The translations under genes and the position numbers were made by a program. The notes under the pieces were generated by a model. The model was not told the origin of the DNA. It searched no databases and worked only from the letters and a program-made list of their open reading frames with translations. From the NCBI GenBank assembly GCA_010093705.1, contig MU006090.1, positions 1,825,817 through 1,889,816 of the forward strand: a stretch of DNA of 64,000 bases, written 5' to 3'. This DNA comes from Patellaria atrata CBS 101060. Lineage: Eukaryota. Positions 12,275 to 23,763 of the stretch are shown one piece after another (position 1 is the first letter of the stretch; each line of letters opens with the position of its first letter).

Positions 12275-13388
12275 TCATACATCTTCCGCCGAATTTGTTA
12301 AAGAAAGATATGCTGTCCAGGCAATACCGACTGTTGATACAAAAGGCTTGAAAACAGAAATTAGCGATTCGCCAACGGATGCTTTATTAATTCACTTACA
12401 ATCTGGAATTGAAGCGGCAAAATCCTGAAGTTGATCATCTGTACCAACGGCCAGACCATATAGTTGGCCTTCAGGGCGGGAATGTAGACATCCTGAAATT
12501 TCCGTGTTACTGCCCGCTTTCCTCCACCTTCCGCAACGGTCATGAACGTGAAAAACCACGCAAGACCTGCAAATGATCAGCGAGAAACAATATTGAGCTA
12601 TAGAGAGATCTCATACCGATGGGAGCATATATGAACTGATCGCACGCAACCCTCTTCATTGCAGCTATGGTTCCTGCGGTCTTCGTGAGGGGAAAAGCGC
12701 GCGATAGAAATCCGTACCACTTAAATTGGATGGGCGTCATTATAAAACCAAACCCCATGAAGCGGATTAACCGCTCAAAGTCGAAAGGTGGAGGCAAAAG
12801 AGGGGAATCCGGAATGATTTCTCCAGCAGGCCATGATTTCTTCTTGTCCAGCTCGTGAATTTCTATGGCAATAAAGTCATCTTTCTGAACACCACCAGGC
12901 TTCCTGACGGCTCGCTGCCGAATTGAAGTCAAACTTTGTGCCACAGTGTCTGCGATTCCACCAAGAACCTAATAGGTGTGTATTAGCATACATCTAGTTA
13001 TTTCGGATAGTCATCGAAGGATTTTGACAGGATACGTACGGCGTTTGTGATCATAGTCGTGAGAACTACAAGGGTCGATTAGCACGGTCCTTCCGCTTGA
13101 TGTGACCAAGTTAAAGAGAAAGCATACGAGGTCTTCTAGCATAGTAGGTGTTAAACCTCCGAACGAGGATAGACACGACCATAATTTGTATTAGGAATAA
13201 AGTAGCATGCAGTAGAGGCTGGTAGGTTGATATATGTCAGCGGAATCCTCCAGGTGACGTCCCCAAGACGAGGTAGATGGTAGAAGAATCCGGGGATAGA
13301 GTTATCGACTCACAATTTTGCCGTAGATATATCTTCTGTTGAATGCCCTTAGGAGGCGACGGCGTTGACTTTCGAGTTCATCAAGCAT
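12275..13388 (-). CDS. Mpv17/PMP22-family membrane protein (YOR292C-like), multi-exon
   Basis: Spliced reading MLDELESQRRR...YGKI|PLLH...YYARRP|VLTTMITNA|VLGGIADTVAQ...PFDFERLIRF...CDQFIYAP...ANYMVWPLVQMINFRILPLQFQI|PFVSTVGIAWTAYLS. Confidence 0.88.
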
Positions 13389-13867
13389 GATGGGATGTGT
13401 CACTTCGTAAAAGGCGTTGTGGCCAAGCCCGTTCCGTCACTATTTCGCAAACGGGTTGATGCTCAAAACACGACACGAGTAAGGGTAAAATTTATATACA
13501 AAGTCGATCGCAGCTTTTGATAATACTAAAAGATGGCGAAAGTAAAGGGAAGGAGAGTAATCTCAGTAATATGTTGGTTTAGTGGAGACTTCCTGTCATG
13601 GAGGGTGATGAAGGGTTCTGCTGAAAAACGATTATAAGGCGGAGGCGCTTGATCTCCGCATTTACTGGATCATTGATTTACCTTACCTATGGTGCCGCTT
13701 GCCGCAACGCCCATCCCTGGAGTAGAGTGCGCTTCGGTTCCCGTCATATTGCAGGTTTTAAAACGTACAGTACAAGGTAAGATGTTGTTCCGTTCTATGG
13801 AAAGATCTCAACCGAAGTCACGTCTCACATTGCTTGGAACCATAAATATTCATTAATCGTCTCATTA

Positions 13868-15817
13868 TCAGCTAGAATCTTTGTCCGATTCTAAGTTAAT
13901 ACTACCGGGTGCATTTTCTCTCCAATGTGCAACGATATCAGGTAAGTCGTAAATGTGTGCGACTTCCTGGGATACTATGTCGACTAATCTCAGAGCCTCT
14001 ACGCGGAGAAGGCCGGTCATAAGCGGAAGAAATTCGATTTCTGCAGTTTGACAACCCCCCGGATCTAAAGGTCTATCATCGAAAGTTAACTCAGTGCCAG
14101 ATTTATTCTAGATTGCTGAAGACTTACCCTATAACAGCGTTCATAGTAAGCGGGAGCAACTCACTGGCTTCGCTTGACAGACCGTCAGATCCCATAGAAT
14201 AACTTTGACCATCTACTTCGACAAAGCCTTCCCCTCTAAGGCTAAGGCGTCTCCTCCGCATCGGTATCACAACGATACTGAAATTCTGCACCCTTTGAGA
14301 TCGGTTTAATACTAATATTCTCCAGTGGAAAGGTTCCGGTAGGTAAACAACCTCTGGACCAGAGACAGTAACCATGAGATCTATATCGGACCCGCTCCCT
14401 ACTTCTTTCGTAATAATCCGGTCATTCGGAGCTGGAAGTGCATCCGGGTTTGTGACTTTAGCAGTGGGATGAGGTACTTCTGTTCGTGATCTATTCAACC
14501 CATCAGGCATATTCTTCAGTCTAAGTCCTGCTCGTAAATCAATAGGCGCTCGCCATTTTATTTTAATATCAGGACGGCATGTCAAGGCTAAAAATGCTGT
14601 GGCATCAACAGTGACATCCAAAAACTGCGTTATCGAGTAACCGTTGGGTGGTTCTTCCGCTTCATTTGGAGATATATTGTATAAAAAGGTGACCTGATCC
14701 TGCGGTCTACAGTTTAGGGGCAGCTGTAATCCAGTAGTGGGCGAGCAAAGAGTAATCTGCCCGTTCGGAATGCTAACTTGAACATCTTGGATGGTGACAT
14801 CACACCCTGCGAATGGGGTAATCTCCAGATCTAGAGAAGCAAAAATTTGAGATTCATGTAGTGACGAAGCCGCCTTTGAGTATCGTAATCTCCAGATGAT
14901 TAAGGGGCTTGTCCGGTATATTTTTCTGTGTCCAGTTTTGATCGGGCGCATAAATTCTTGCGGCAAATGGCCACCGAGGGATCCTGTCCTGGTAATGGAA
15001 GATGAGAGGTGGGAGTCTACATCTTCGAGCCCTGGGTCATCCACAAGTGATCCTAAAAGGTTGCTTGCGAGTGGTACAAAACTTGGGAGATACTCATCAT
15101 CAAGGATTTCCTGTTTGATTTGCTGTGGCGCTTTGAGACTTGCGGATACGGAAAAGTACACACATGGTTTCACAAGTTGTGTCCTCGGACGGCCTGCATG
15201 CCATAAGTACTTCTTTCCCTCTATATTAAAATAAGCAAGACTCACTTATAAGGACATCTACTCTCCAAAAGACGTAGATGAATTGTTCGTCCTCCGAGGA
15301 TCCACTTGATGGTTCACCTTGGACTACAATGAATGGCTCATTCTCGTCCTTGATAATTTGGGAATGCAACTGCTCTTTCGAAGCCGTCACAGGTGGTTGC
15401 TGAGAATCTTTGGGATCCTGCTGAGGTGAAGGGGGTGTACCGATAACGTAGGTCTCGAGAGTTATTGATAGTCGCGACAGATATGACTTAAATTGATTCT
15501 CCTCTGCATAGGGCGCTTTTAAGACGGCATAGACAGGGACAATCTCATCTACATCCTGGGAATGAGTAAGATGTTGGCTCATATATGTGAATAGGATGAA
15601 AGAGCTTTTACGTACCGAAAAATAGAATCTGACGCTGTTCAAGGGATGGTAGTATGGAAGAATTAGAATCCTGTGATGACTCTTCAAACCTCTCAAGCGC
15701 TGAAGTCACGTCAAATGATGTGTCGAAAGGTACTAGAGCTTCTAAAATCGCATTCTCTGTGAATTCCAGACTGCCTCTTGAAGTACCCTCTGTTGCTACA
15801 TTTGTTGGAGAAGCCAT
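13868..15817 (-). CDS. TRS65: TRAPP II complex subunit Trs65-like protein (4 exons)
   Basis: LEQRQILFF|DEIVPVYAVL, ASLDLEITPF, LPLNCRPQDQVTFLY and a last exon IGPLDPGGCQTAEIEFLPL...LRLVDI resemble fungal Trs65. Confidence 0.75.
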
Positions 15818-16243
15818 AATGCAAATTGAAGGTTTACTTGCTACCACCAGTACAGTATGATAAAGTAGGTAATAAGTAAAGCATATCCAAACCTAAACTA
15901 AGGTAAGCTGATTGTGGAGCACTTGTTAACTCGTGATATACAGTAGTATTCTAAAATGAAAGTTGGGAGAGCAGTAATGCACGCGTTATGACTCCTTGGC
16001 GCGGCTCTCAGGCAATTTTATGCCAAGCCGACGCGCAGAAGAGGGCAGATCTCCGGCCTTCAACCTTCGACTTTACAAATTATAACTCTGTACTTAGCAT
16101 CCAACCTCAATTGTAAACACGTCGTGATATCAAGACCTTTGCTAAGCTCTCTTGTCTAAATAATCTTTCGTCATTACGCCTCTTCTTTCTGCGGGAACTT
16201 AACTATCGACCTTCTTTGCTAACCCGTTATCTCAATCTTAAGA

Positions 16244-18650
16244 ATGAACGGCGCGCCCGCAGCGCCAGGGCTCTGGCAAGAAGCTCGTCATAGCGATGGT
16301 CGAACCTATTATTATAATACACAGACCAAGGTAACGCAATGGACCAAGCCAGAGGTTCTTATGACCCCACTTGAGGTAGGTCTCCTTATTCCATTCCACA
16401 ATTGCAATGCTAACTAAGACAGCGGGCCCTCGCTAATCAGCCATGGAAAGAGTATACTGCGGAAGGGGGTAAAAAGTACTGGTACAATACAGAAACTAAG
16501 AAAAGCTCCTGGGAGATGCCAGAAGTGTACAAACAGGCACTTGCCCATCAACCGCCTCCTTCACTTCCCCCAACTCCGTAAGTACCACCATGAATATTCG
16601 AAAGAATCAACTGACACACCACAAGAGCCCAGACCTTCGTCGCTGGTGCGCCCTCAAACTTTTCCCAGTCCTATACCCACCGCGACCGTGACGATTATAA
16701 TAATGGTGACCATCCTCGTGTTGACCGGCCTCAAGGTTACGCTCCAGCTTTTGTATCGCAAGCAGAACCTGAGTACTCGTCAGCAGAGGATGCAGAAGCT
16801 GCTTTTTTTAAGTTACTAAAGCGTGTTGGTGTACAACCAGATTGGACATGGGAGGACACAGTTAAAGCAACTATTAAGGATCCCCAATACCGTGCGATAA
16901 AGGATCCAAAAGATCGTAAGATTGCATTTGGTAAATATATCGTAGAGGTAAAATCTCAAGAAAGGGACAAGGAAAAAGAGAGGCTTGCTAAACTCCAAGC
17001 TGATTTCACGTCCATGCTGAGAAGCCATCCAGAAATTAAGTATTACACGCGGTGGAAGACAGCACGCCCAATGATCGAAGGGGAGACTGTTTTTAGAGCA
17101 GCCAAGGAGGAAGAAGAGAAAAAGAGGCTCTTCTACGAATACATTGGTGAGTTGAGAAAAGCTCATCTCGACCAGGAAGCTGCCACTCGTAGACAGGCCA
17201 TGGATGAACTTATGGAGATTCTCGGAGCTCTCGACTTAGAGCCATACACACGGTGGGCAGAGGCACAGGGCATTCTAAGCTCAAATGAGCGCTTCACAGG
17301 TGATGAAAAATTCAAATCTCTCCAGAAGTCAGATATTTTGAAAGCTTTTGAGAATCACAACAGATCTTTGGAACGTTCTTGGAACGATGCGAAACAGAAG
17401 AAGAAATTGGGCAAGGCTCGTCGTGAAAGGCAGGCCCGGGATCAATTTCGTAGTCTTCTAGCCGACCTAAGAACAGCAGGTAGACTAAAGGCTGGATCCA
17501 GATGGATGAATATCCGCCCGTTGATTGAAAATGATACTCGATACACCGCGGCCTTGAACCAGAGTGGATCCTCCCCAATGGATATGTTCTGGGATGTGGT
17601 GGAAGAGGAGGAGAGGGTCCTCCGAGGAAAGCGAAGCGAAGTATTGGATGTTTTGGAGGTGAGTCCCTTGATACATATCCTTAGTCAACTATAGTCTAAC
17701 CAATCTAGGATATTCGATATGAGATTACACCGAAGACAACTCTCGAAGATTTCGTGTCCATTATGCAGACTGATCGACGTACAGCTAATTTTGACCCCGA
17801 CTCGCTCACCTTAATTTTCGAACGCCTTCGTGAAAAGGTATTACGTCGTTCCGAGGAAGATAAGCACCATGCCGAGCGGCACCAACGTCGAGCAATAGAT
17901 GCTCTAAGATCTAAGATCAAGCATTTGGAACCCCCCGTTGCGTTGGGAGACACATGGGAACAGGTACGTTCTCGCATTGAAAAATTGGAGGAATATCGTA
18001 CTCTTGACTCGGACGAGCTCCGCCGCTCCGCTTTCGAAAAGGTGATGCGCCGCCTCAAGGAGAAAGATGAGGAAGACAAAGACCGCAGCAGACGTGATCA
18101 TCGTGACAGGGATCGTGAGCGCGACCGTGACTATCGAAACGGCCATGCAACCCCCAGACGCCGTCGCACCCGGACTCCCGAAGCAGACCCATACGAAGCA
18201 GACAGGCGCAAAGCACAGGCAGATCGCGAGCAACAATATCGCAGGGGCGGCGTCCGCGGCCTCTCACCGCCCAAGCGCGACAGTTATGACAGGTATGACA
18301 GGGGCTCCAGCAGACAGGTCAGTCAAAGCCACTATGACCGCGAACGTAGGGAACGCGAAGCAGAGCGGGAACGATCCTACATCAGCCGCGCGGATCCCCG
18401 CGACAAGGCCAGCGAGCTGGACTACGGCGATAGTAGGCCTGGCAGCACGAGACGCCGCCGCGACAGCGAGGGTGACAGCCCCGACAGCAGAAGAGACACC
18501 AAGAGGACCCGCAGAGAACGTCTCTCGCGCGAACGTACTGTTTCCCCCGGGAAACAGCGATCCAAGACCCCGCCTGCTCAACCTGCTCCCCCTGCCGAGG
18601 ATCCAGCGGTGCGCTCTGGAAGCGAGGAGGGCGAGATCGAGGAGGATTAG
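16244..18650 (+). CDS. PRP40: U1 snRNP-associated splicing factor Prp40 (two WW domains, FF repeats, RD/RE/RS-rich tail)
   Basis: WQEARHSDGRTYYYNTQTKVTQWTKP and WKEYTAEGGKKYWYNTETKKSSWEMP, followed by FF repeats and a SEEGEIEED C-terminus. Three introns. Confidence 0.93.
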
Positions 18651-19364
18651 ACGGGCTTTTCGATTCCTTCGCTTCTTCCAGGGGTTGGAGGTTTCGGGTC
18701 TTATCGCGACCCTAACTGGCGAAGATGGTACGTTTCTTAAAGGCGAGAATATGCATACTAATCTCCATTTTCATGCGGCTTCATCGGTTCATCACATAAA
18801 CATCGGAGGAAGCTCATCAGGGATCTCGGTACGTTGCACAACCTCACACTTTCAGTTTCCTGTTTTCCTTCAAAAGTCATTTCTGCACATACAAGTAGAA
18901 GCACCCGTGAGACTAGCTTTTTTTTTTTCATTTTCTAGTATTGTTGAGATCGAGCCCTTCTAGATGGGGTTAAGGATTCCCGTCTGTAAAATAGCATCAT
19001 AGCCCAAAATCGAGCACTTTCCCTCTGCTCGCAAACGTACACGTGATATGGAGGGAAAGAGTGTCCTACCGTAACTCTAGAGTCATCTATACTTTTGACC
19101 ACCGCACAGGGGGACGCCGATCACCTAGCTTGACCCGTACAGTCCACTACTTAGAAAGAAGCCGGACGTGACAGGAGGTAGATCGTGCGTCGCAGTGATA
19201 TGTCATCCTCGTCGTCATCTTCGTTATCGCCGCATTCCTCGTCATAAATGCCGCTCGAACTCCGCCTGATGCCCTTTTTTCCGCCCAAAGATGCACCTAT
19301 AACGCCTTTACCTGATGATACATGCTCGAAATGGGGGTGGGGAGACTCCTTTGGGACGCCCCTT

Positions 19365-21564
19365 TCAAGATTCGTCTTCCAGGAAGAACTGTTTGAGTCG
19401 TTAGCTTCGGTCCCGATTTCTTCATGATTATATTGAGTAAGTGGAGAAGACTTACGTAGTTCCCTGACATCTTCTGTTCCTGGTCCATCTGCGAATTGTG
19501 CTTGTTAATGCGGGGCCTGTAGGAATTGGGATCACGACGGAAAGTGACATCAAGGTTCTTCAAGAACTTGTTGCAGCCAGTTAACAAGCTCTCGGGGGTA
19601 TTTGCGCGAGATTTCACGGCCGGTTGACCGTCGAAGACGATGACGCGATCAGCGAGGTAGGTGGCCATGATGAAATCGTGCTCGACGATGAAGGCAGTAC
19701 GTTTGGTATGCATGATCCACCGTTTAATGACACGGGCGGCGATGATACGCTGTTCCGAATCAAGGTACGCGCTTGGTTCATCGATGAGATAGATATCCGC
19801 TGGGATACCGAGAGCTAGGACGATAGCCACACGTTGCAACTCACCACCAGAAAGGTTCTGTATCTCTTGGTCGATGAAGTCGTCGAGCTTGAGCGGCTTA
19901 TAAACATCGGTCTGAAACTGGGGCGACAAGAACGCTGCCTTAATCTTCTTGAAGAACAGTTGACGCACTGTCCCTTGGAACTTAGGCGTGATCTTCTGCG
20001 GCTTCATACTGATGCTCAAAGAGGGAATTCGTGTAGTTCCATCAGGCTTCTCAGCACCAGCTAGCAAGCGACAGAATGTTGTCTTTCCTGTACCGTTCTC
20101 TCCCATCATGACGATTATCTCGGAATTGGTGAATTGGCCAGCTTCCACTAACAAGTGGAAATCGCCGAGGGTCTTCTCCATTTTCGGGTAATTGTAACCG
20201 CGAGACCTGTCTACCATGAAATCGTCACCTGCTTCTCCTATACGGAACTGGAGAGACTCCTCTCGGAACCGGAGGTTCTCAGTGGGAATATTTCCGTCTA
20301 GGAAGATATTGATACCTTCACGCACGGAAGCTGGGAGTGTAACGACACCGTACACGGCAGGCTTTCCGTATAATACGCAAATGAAGTCGGACAAGTAATC
20401 AAGAATAGAAAGATCGTGCTCCACGACGATCACATAGTCATCCGGACGGAGCAACGATCGGATCATTCGACCAGCGCTCAGACGTTGCTTGACATCTAAG
20501 AACGACGACGGTTCATCAAACATGTAGCTAGGTACGTATCAGCAACAATATAATAACCATTAGTCGCACGGATCGGCCATACACATCAGCTTTTTGGACA
20601 CAAACGATCCCAATGGCGAAGCGCTGCAGTTCTCCACCTGACAGGTGATTCACATCTCGATCCATTATATGCTTTAATTCCAGGACATCAATGATTGCTT
20701 CAAGATTGTCCATCTGAGCCCTTTGCTTGAGAAGGAAGCCCACAGATTTATCTGGGCCTTTAATGGCCTTGGGTATCTGGTCAACATACTGCGGCTTAGT
20801 AATGGCTTTCAAATCATCCTCAAGAATTTTGGTAAAGTAGTCTATATATGTCAGTCCTAATCATCCATTCGAACTTTTGCGGATACCCACTTTGCAATTC
20901 AGAGCCACGGAAATACTTCAAAATCTCCTCCCAGTCAGGAGGATTGTCATATCTGCCCAAATTTGGTTTCAACTTTCCACTCAGGATTTTAAGAGCTGTA
21001 CTCTTCCCAATACCGTTCGTTCCCACCAGCCCAAGGACTTGTCCCGGCCGCGGTGTAGGAAGTCGATGTAGCTTGAAACTGTTGGCGGAGTAACGATGTG
21101 TGACTTGCGTCTCGAGGTTGGTGGGCAAGTTGATGATGTTGATCGCATCGAAAGGGCACTTCTTAGGGCAGATACCGCATCCGATACATAGTCGCTCGGA
21201 GATGAAGGCGATTTTGGACTCTGGGGTGACCTCTATACAAAGTTTGCCTGTCCGGACAACAGGACACGATTTCTTGCATTCTTGTCTGCATTTCTGTGCT
21301 CAAGTCAGGTTCGATCTTATCTTTCAGAACGGAGGACTAGAGCTGACCTTGGGCTTGCACTACACTCAGGAAACATCGTCAGTCAATTTCGTCCTCAACC
21401 TTCCCACAAAACATATTTTGTATCTATGTGCGCGGGGTAGTGGGGCAATAAGAATGCGCACCTTATCGCTATTTACAATAGCTATACTAATTGAGGAGTC
21501 GTATCAGTAAGATGCCAAAGAATATTCATGCTTGATATCCCTACCGTGTGAGTTTGTCCGCCAT
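19365..21564 (-). CDS. RLI1: ABCE1/Rli1 Fe-S ABC ATPase, ribosome recycling factor
   Basis: [46 protein letters not shown]e-S domain and two NBDs ([26 protein letters not shown]). Last intron 19455-19389, then FFLEDES-TGA. Confidence 0.98.
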
Positions 21565-22156
21565 CGTTGTGGTAACTTGTTGTATGTTGTGGTCAATCGG
21601 TCGAGTAGCCCTTTAAAAGTGTAGCCTATTTCTACGGTAGTGCTGGTCGGACTGGAAATCTCTTTCAACACCGCCAAGGGGTGGGGCGGCCAAAGCGAAA
21701 GAGGATAAAGCAGACCGAAAAGTCAGAGAATGGATAAATGCAGATCTTTAGGAACGAACATGTGTAGATGTAAGAGTTAGGGTTCGCATTTCTATCAATT
21801 GTAATTCAGAATCATCGACATCCTCATTGGGTATACAGGCGAAGGAATTATTCCGCCCCCTGAACCCATCTCTTTAACATAGAGTTTACTTCAACGGAAA
21901 GGTGAGAAATTCATACTGTTGTATCTACGAGGTAAGATGTACCCTTGAAACTTAATATTTTGCGCTTCCTTGTCATAATCAAATGCTGATTCTATGCACT
22001 CATACGAAACTGACGTGGCCCATCAAAACCCATCCGCAACAATATCAGACTACAACTCGTCTTCACAGAATGCCAGTTCCACAGCAGAATATATGAAACG
22101 ACTCATGAACGCAAAAATTGTCTTAAACTCCTGAGGATCGTGCTCAGGGAAAGTTT

Positions 22157-22777
22157 TCAGCATACAGCGCACCAACCTTGTCCTAAGGTCATTACACCAC
22201 CTGCCGGAAAATTGTTGCCCATGTTCACCACGTCGAAACCGTTCAAAGGAACTTTTCCCTCATCGTATTCCGGCCACAAACCTGGTGCCTTTTGCTCAAT
22301 GAGCTCTTTGGAGAGGTCGGTACCCTGTAGACGTATCCTCAAATAATTCCTATCGTCGGAGAGGCGTATGTGTACACCTATACGTCCTGCACATATACGG
22401 TAGTCTTGGAACCTGCGATTGGATGGGAACAAGGTTGTCATGCCCCGGAGGAATCTGATACTCGGGCACCTGGGGAGCATAGCGGTATGAGCCGAGTGGA
22501 ACCTTTCTTCGTATTCGTGGAACTCGTTTTCGTAGTAGAATAGGTCCAGGCTCTCTATCCGAATTTGTCTGCAGACGAAGGCCAAGGCCGGCTGTACCAG
22601 CTTGCGTTCTGACTGTTTGGCCGCAGGACCGACTTTTGGGAGGTTTGCTAGGGTTAGTTGCCGATGCATATTGTCTTTGGGTTCGACAAGACTCAGTCGA
22701 AATATTGAGTTCCGAAGCTCAGCTGGAAGTCCAAGGAAGTCAAAGGATGACCTGTATGGACTAAGTTGACGGTTCAT
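22157..22777 (-). CDS. Hypothetical protein with an N-terminal F-box-like motif, lineage-specific
   Basis: FDFLGLPAELRNSIFRLSL...QPALAFVCRQIRIESLDLFYYENEF is a pattern typical of expanded ascomycete F-box-like families. The 3' end may be spliced (GTATGC near 22165). Confidence 0.65.
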   Translation of the reverse strand: MNRQLSPYRSSFDFLGLPAELRNSIFRLSLVEPKDNMHRQLTLANLPKVGPAAKQSERKLVQPALAFVCRQIRIESLDLFYYENEFHEYEERFHSAHTAMLPRCPSIRFLRGMTTLFPSNRRFQDYRICAGRIGVHIRLSDDRNYLRIRLQGTDLSKELIEQKAPGLWPEYDEGKVPLNGFDVVNMGNNFPAGGVMTLGQGWCAVC

Positions 22778-23763
22778 TTGGTTATGAAATAGAAGAGAGC
22801 TTAAGCAGAAAATAATGTATATGAGAAAGGGCAGTTGTATGGTGCTGCGATTCAATGATAGGGGTAACCTGTCGATATGTGTGGATGAAGATGGATCCCT
22901 GGGGTGTTCGAAGAGTAGAACTCTTTATATAAAATTCTTGCGGTGTCCATACCATGGTTACGCTGATTCTGTTTTAAACTACGACTACTATTGTGCTAAT
23001 TGAGTTTTTGACTGGCGTTGCTATTGTTATACTCCACTAACTATTCAGCTAGCGTGCTACTGTCGCTCTCAAAAAGTGCTTCGAATGGACTGCCACCTTA
23101 TTTTTGGATGTGACTCGGATTCTTTCCCTATAGAAAAAGGAACCGTTGGTTTACTGTTATCTCAAACAGGATGATTATAGAGTTTGAAATAGAATCCTAA
23201 ACCTCTAAGAGACCGATCTGCACACACCACGGAATAGATGTCCCATATCCACAATCCAAACATCAATCACTTACTCGGGTATTTGCATGCACTCAAGCGA
23301 TATCCGACACATCCCGATCCGCGCTCACGAATTGAATCTCGCGGACACTGGTCTCCCACGCTTTCACGTCTCTAACCACGAACACCGTCTCCAGCTGCTT
23401 TCAAGTGCGTTAACAGTAGAGTACCGTCTCGCCGCCTTGTCGAGATACTAGCCATGCGCGACTGCGCCGAAAGCATTGAAAAGAGCATTCCCCTCATTGT
23501 ACTCCGGTCAAAGATGCGATATACTACTTTTTTAGTACCACCTCGGAGACGTTGATACCCTCTAGACGTACTCCATATTTCTTCTATTTCAGATAGGTTT
23601 ATTTGGATTTGAGCTTGAGTTTGGATTTCCGTTGGTGTACAAGTTTACCGTAAGGTCAAAGTCTTGGGATTCGGAAGCTGGTGTTTCAGGGAGGTCCCTT
23701 ATGGTGCCCTGTGGAGAATTTGAGCTTTCATCGGAACCTCAGCTGCCACGATAGGAAATAATG

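Noticed and set aside
18067..18963. 298-aa alternative-frame ORF overlapping PRP40, and other long antisense ORFs over PGK1, DENN, GCV1 and VMA5
   Set aside because: These are shadow ORFs expected from GC-rich, biased codon usage and carry no domain motifs.
23200..23760. Coding-like sequence downstream of the CorA-like gene
   Set aside because: All frames contain multiple stops and no family is recognisable.
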